Shown here: piece after piece, positions 61,395 through 64,000 of the stretch
Layout: each line of letters opens with the position of its first letter
Position numbering within the stretch: position 1 is the stretch's first letter
NCBI GenBank assembly: GCA_040905565.1
Contig: JBBDRF010000005.1
Coordinates: forward strand, 131,503-195,502
Direction: 5' to 3'
DNA length: 64,000 nt
DNA from: Phycisphaeraceae bacterium
GTDB taxonomy: Bacteria > Planctomycetota > Phycisphaerae > Phycisphaerales > Zrk34
Translations under genes and position numbers: made by a program
Notes under the pieces: model-generated
Databases searched by the model: none
Told to the model about the DNA's origin: nothing
Seen by the model: only the letters and a program-made list of their open reading frames with translations

Positions 61395-61490
61395 GATGCC
61401 AGGGTGTTCACGCGCGCATTGCTCACTGGCGGTGGTGGTGGTAGGTTCGGGCATCACCTCACATAAGCCACTGATCCGGAGGACAAAGTC

Positions 61491-62423
61491 ATGGGCCCAT
61501 TTCGCTGCACCAGTCGTATCGTGGCAGCCGCGGCCGTTGTCGCGATGCTCGCGATGCACACACATGTCGTAGCCGATGAGCAGGGGCAGGGCGTGCGAGA
61601 GGTGCGTGTAACGGTGATCGAGCCGGGCCAGGAGCCGCGGCGGCCCCTACGGTACGAAGTCGAGCCGGGCACGACGGAACAGGTCGAAATTCAGTGGGAT
61701 TGGCGGCTCTGGCAGGCGACCGAGGGGAGGGTGATTGAGCAAGCGAATCCGCGTGTGACGCTTGTGGCGGAGATCGCAATTGACCAAGTGGAGGACGGGG
61801 AGATCCGCGTGTCCGGCGAGTACGTTTCGCTGGAGATCGATCGGCCGGCACTGGAGGGCGAACCGCTTTCGCCGCTCGTGATGGAAAGGATTCTGGGGCC
61901 GTTGGTCGGGGCAACGTTCTGGGCCCATCTGACGGATCGTGGCGTTGAGTTGGAGGTGGGCTTTGAGCCGGCGCGCCCGATGCCGCCGCTGTCGGCGGAG
62001 CTTGCAGAGGGGGCGGGCCTGGACAAGCCGCTGGATCAGCTGGTCGAGGTGATGCCCGCGGAGCCGGTGGGCGTCGGGGCGGTATGGGAGGTGCATGACC
62101 GGCCCGAATCGTTTGGCGTTGTCAGTGAGCGGATGCTGCGCCGTGAGGTGGTGGATTGGGACGAGGGGATGGTGACGTTGGGAGGGCCGCTGACGATCAA
62201 GGCCGAGGATCAGGAAATGGTTTCACGCATGACGCCGGGGGCGCGGACGCAACTGCTGACCACGGAGAGCAAAGGTGAGCGGGAGGCGAGGCTGAGGCTT
62301 GATCGGCTGATGCCCGTGACGGCGACGCTGGAGGGCCGAACCGAGTCGGAGATGCAACTTGAGACGCGGACGCAGACCGACCAGATCATCGACTGGATGA
62401 TGCAGTTCCGTGCTGTGGAATGA
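61491..62423 (+). CDS. Hypothetical secreted protein
   Basis: Signal peptide; PG.EPRRPLRY and P.EPVGVGA.W motifs. Confidence 0.65.
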   Translation: MGPFRCTSRIVAAAAVVAMLAMHTHVVADEQGQGVREVRVTVIEPGQEPRRPLRYEVEPGTTEQVEIQWDWRLWQATEGRVIEQANPRVTLVAEIAIDQVEDGEIRVSGEYVSLEIDRPALEGEPLSPLVMERILGPLVGATFWAHLTDRGVELEVGFEPARPMPPLSAELAEGAGLDKPLDQLVEVMPAEPVGVGAVWEVHDRPESFGVVSERMLRREVVDWDEGMVTLGGPLTIKAEDQEMVSRMTPGARTQLLTTESKGEREARLRLDRLMPVTATLEGRTESEMQLETRTQTDQIIDWMMQFRAVE

Positions 62424-62527
62424 CGGCGAAATGCGGAGGAGGGGCGATTCGCGGCGAAGATTCAGATCTCGCCCCGAGAGCGGCCGCGGTTACCAACGTT
62501 GTTTGGAAAGGGGAAGACACGTCGGGT

Positions 62528-64000
62528 TCACTCGACAAGCCGTGGGTCGGCGTTGAGCGGGCGTCGGCGTCGGAAGGCGCGTTCGGAAGTTGGCTGCAGA
62601 CGCGTCCGCAGCGTGGGGTGATACAGCAGCCGAAGCACGATGGCGAATATTAAGACGCTGGTGCCTAATACGACGAAGACGGCCCAGAGAGGGTTCTGGA
62701 TGGAGACGCCGTGGAGGGTAAGGCGATAGCCCTCGGAACTCAAAGGCGAATCAAGCGAAGGCGGCTGAAGCCGGTCCGTGCGGGTCAGGTGCCCGAGCAC
62801 GAGCAGCAAAATCACGTTCCCCATCAACCCCAGCCACTGCACGATGAGCGTGATCAACCACCAGCCCCAGCGGAGGTTCATCGTGCCGAACAGGGCAATG
62901 ATCAAGAAAGTAGTGATCGCCAATCCGACCAGCGGTGCGCCCTCCTGGTCCGATGTTGGGGTGAACACGGGTTCTATGGCCCATTCTACCAGCATCGCCG
63001 AGACGCTGTGGCCGAGGCCGATACTGATGACGATGCCGGGGAGCCACAGGGCCGGCGGCAGGCGATTGTTGTCCAGTCGCGCCCGGCGGAGACCTGCGAG
63101 GATGATGAGCCCGGTCACGCCGCCGATCCCGACAGCGTACACCAGCCACGTCGCCGGCCGCGACCATGCCCCATAACGCATGAGGGCGGCTTGGCGTTCG
63201 AGCATCGTGACCGTCCCATCGGCGTCCGCCTGCAGCACGCGTCGACCGTCATCGAAAGTCGCCACCATACGCGCGCGACCGTTGATTGGCAGCCGCGTCG
63301 GCGGGTAGTCCTCTCGCAGGTCGACCATCCACGTTCCCCCCGCCGCAAAGACCACAAAGCGGCCGGCGTTGTCCGGAGCGATGTATGCAGGGAAATAGTG
63401 GTGCAGCTTGAAGCGGTGCGAATAGCGGTGACGTAAGCCGTCGATGTTGAACGCACTGACCTCGGCGGACGAGGCATCATCTGCCCGGCACACGATCAAC
63501 AGCGTCTGCTCGTCCGGTGTCACGGCGGTGAGTCGTGGCGGGGCCGGCAGCATCTGGTCTTCGATCAGTTCCCCGTCCGCCGCCGAGTACAGCCGAACAC
63601 GAGAGGCTTCTGGATTGGCTTCGACTGAAACCTGCTCCGGCGAGTAGGTGCAAATGATGTGTCGCCCCTCGGGCGTGAAGCGGGCGTCGGCGATGTAGGC
63701 TACGTGAGCAAATCGGCTCCACCAATCGACGCGACCATCGCCTGATCTCGACTCGACGGGGCGTTCGAGGCCACTGTCCGAGTCGGCAATCATCGGGGCA
63801 GGCAAGCGGGTGTCCAGCTCGCGATGATGGAAAAGCAGTTCGTCCGCCGTCGGGTCCCAGACATACAGGGCGATACGGTCCGCCAGCAGGAGCCGCTCGC
63901 CATCGGCAGACCACTCCAAGCGTTGAAAGTTTCCATTCACACGCTTGGTGATCGGCATGTAAACGGGACCCACCTCGGCGCCGAATTGGTACCCACCTGG
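62528..64000 (-). CDS. WD40-like beta-propeller protein with C-terminal TM helices, 5' end outside window
   Basis: Frame open to base 64000; WSADG, FTPEG, TPDE repeats; several hydrophobic segments. Confidence 0.65.
   Translation of the reverse strand, partial: PGGYQFGAEVGPVYMPITKRVNGNFQRLEWSADGERLLLADRIALYVWDPTADELLFHHRELDTRLPAPMIADSDSGLERPVESRSGDGRVDWWSRFAHVAYIADARFTPEGRHIICTYSPEQVSVEANPEASRVRLYSAADGELIEDQMLPAPPRLTAVTPDEQTLLIVCRADDASSAEVSAFNIDGLRHRYSHRFKLHHYFPAYIAPDNAGRFVVFAAGGTWMVDLREDYPPTRLPINGRARMVATFDDGRRVLQADADGTVTMLERQAALMRYGAWSRPATWLVYAVGIGGVTGLIILAGLRRARLDNNRLPPALWLPGIVISIGLGHSVSAMLVEWAIEPVFTPTSDQEGAPLVGLAITTFLIIALFGTMNLRWGWWLITLIVQWLGLMGNVILLLVLGHLTRTDRLQPPSLDSPLSSEGYRLTLHGVSIQNPLWAVFVVLGTSVLIFAIVLRLLYHPTLRTRLQPTSERAFRRRRPLNADPRLVE

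Noticed and set aside
1..64000. CRISPR array, rRNA, transposase or integrase
   Set aside because: No repeat-spacer array or diagnostic motifs seen

Overview
High-GC bacterial window, most likely Planctomycetota (DUF1549/DUF1553-DUF1501 pair, PVC-type CxxCH protein, sulfatase). It has four main blocks. (1) 0.2-9.3 kb: nitrosative-stress genes (ric, hemerythrin) and a clade II nitrous oxide reductase cluster (azurin-like, nosZ, nosB, nosD, nosF, nosY, CusF-like/SCO; no nosL, nosR or cytochrome c seen). (2) 9.6-29.4 kb: a cargo segment bounded by two identical 38-bp copies of a tRNA-Gly(CCC) 3' half, with hydrolases, a sulfatase, PVC-type proteins and phage terminase relics. (3) 29.6-39.0 kb: an RNA-repair locus joining rtcB/rtcA with hen1/pnkp, with a lower-GC RxxxxH (HEPN-like) gene inside it; rtcR and a slipin gene are fused back-to-back by a deletion. 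(4) 39.1-57.1 kb: an uncharacterised biosynthetic cluster with its own enhancer-binding protein and two facing sigma-54 promoters (TamH-like transaminase-reductase fusion, two PigC/RPH-type PEP-utilising enzymes, DUF3419, sulfotransferase, P450, UbiA, adenylating enzyme, GNAT, MFS). Block 4 is the best candidate for an undescribed system. All calls come from reading motifs by eye; no database searches were run.
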